Below are positions 63,926 to 64,000 of a stretch of 64,000 bases of DNA, piece by piece. The DNA is from Octopus vulgaris (taxonomy: Eukaryota). Each line of letters starts with the position of its first letter. Within the stretch, counting starts at the first letter, position 1. The position numbers were made by a program, and so were the translations under genes. Location: contig OX597819.1 of assembly GCA_951406725.2 (NCBI GenBank), forward strand, positions 113,522,001 to 113,586,000, read 5' to 3'. The notes under the pieces were generated by a model, which was not told the DNA's origin, did not search any database, and saw only the letters and a program-made list of their open reading frames with translations.

Positions 63926-64000
63926 TGCTGTGTGTGCTGCATCGCTAGTGATTTTTTGCCTATTGTCAGTCTATGTCACCACTTCACCACCAAGCAATGA

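Overview
AT-rich, microsatellite- and repeat-saturated animal DNA. The SINE/LINE repertoire looks like a coleoid cephalopod, most likely Octopus (my inference from repeat content). Almost all entries in the ORF track are artefacts of (TG)n/(TA)n/(ATT)n/(CAT)n tracts or transposon debris. Two host genes are well supported, both on the minus strand. (1) MMAB, ATP:cob(I)alamin adenosyltransferase: I reconstructed five in-phase GT-AG coding exons (19410-19343, 13745-13693, 12349-12256, 9311-9254, 3868-3796); I found no later exons, so they probably lie left of the window. (2) TRAPPC2/sedlin with an uninterrupted CDS (30931-30500). A possible first coding exon of a third, plus-strand gene sits at 58546-58603. 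The rest is tRNA-derived SINEs, RTE, CR1-like and R4/Dong LINE remnants, Tc1/mariner, Merlin, hAT and piggyBac-type elements, and a Helitron fragment with 23-aa repeats. The most interesting signal is a short repeat, present twice (about 4.5-4.9 kb and 25.4-25.8 kb), that joins a tRNA-like Pol III head to a Penelope-type minimal hammerhead ribozyme motif and is arranged as a head-to-head inverted dimer both times. The window also has many long fold-back palindromes and a 33-bp double-palindrome minisatellite just 3' of TRAPPC2. Repeat boundaries are approximate, and family names come from motif recognition by eye, not database searches.
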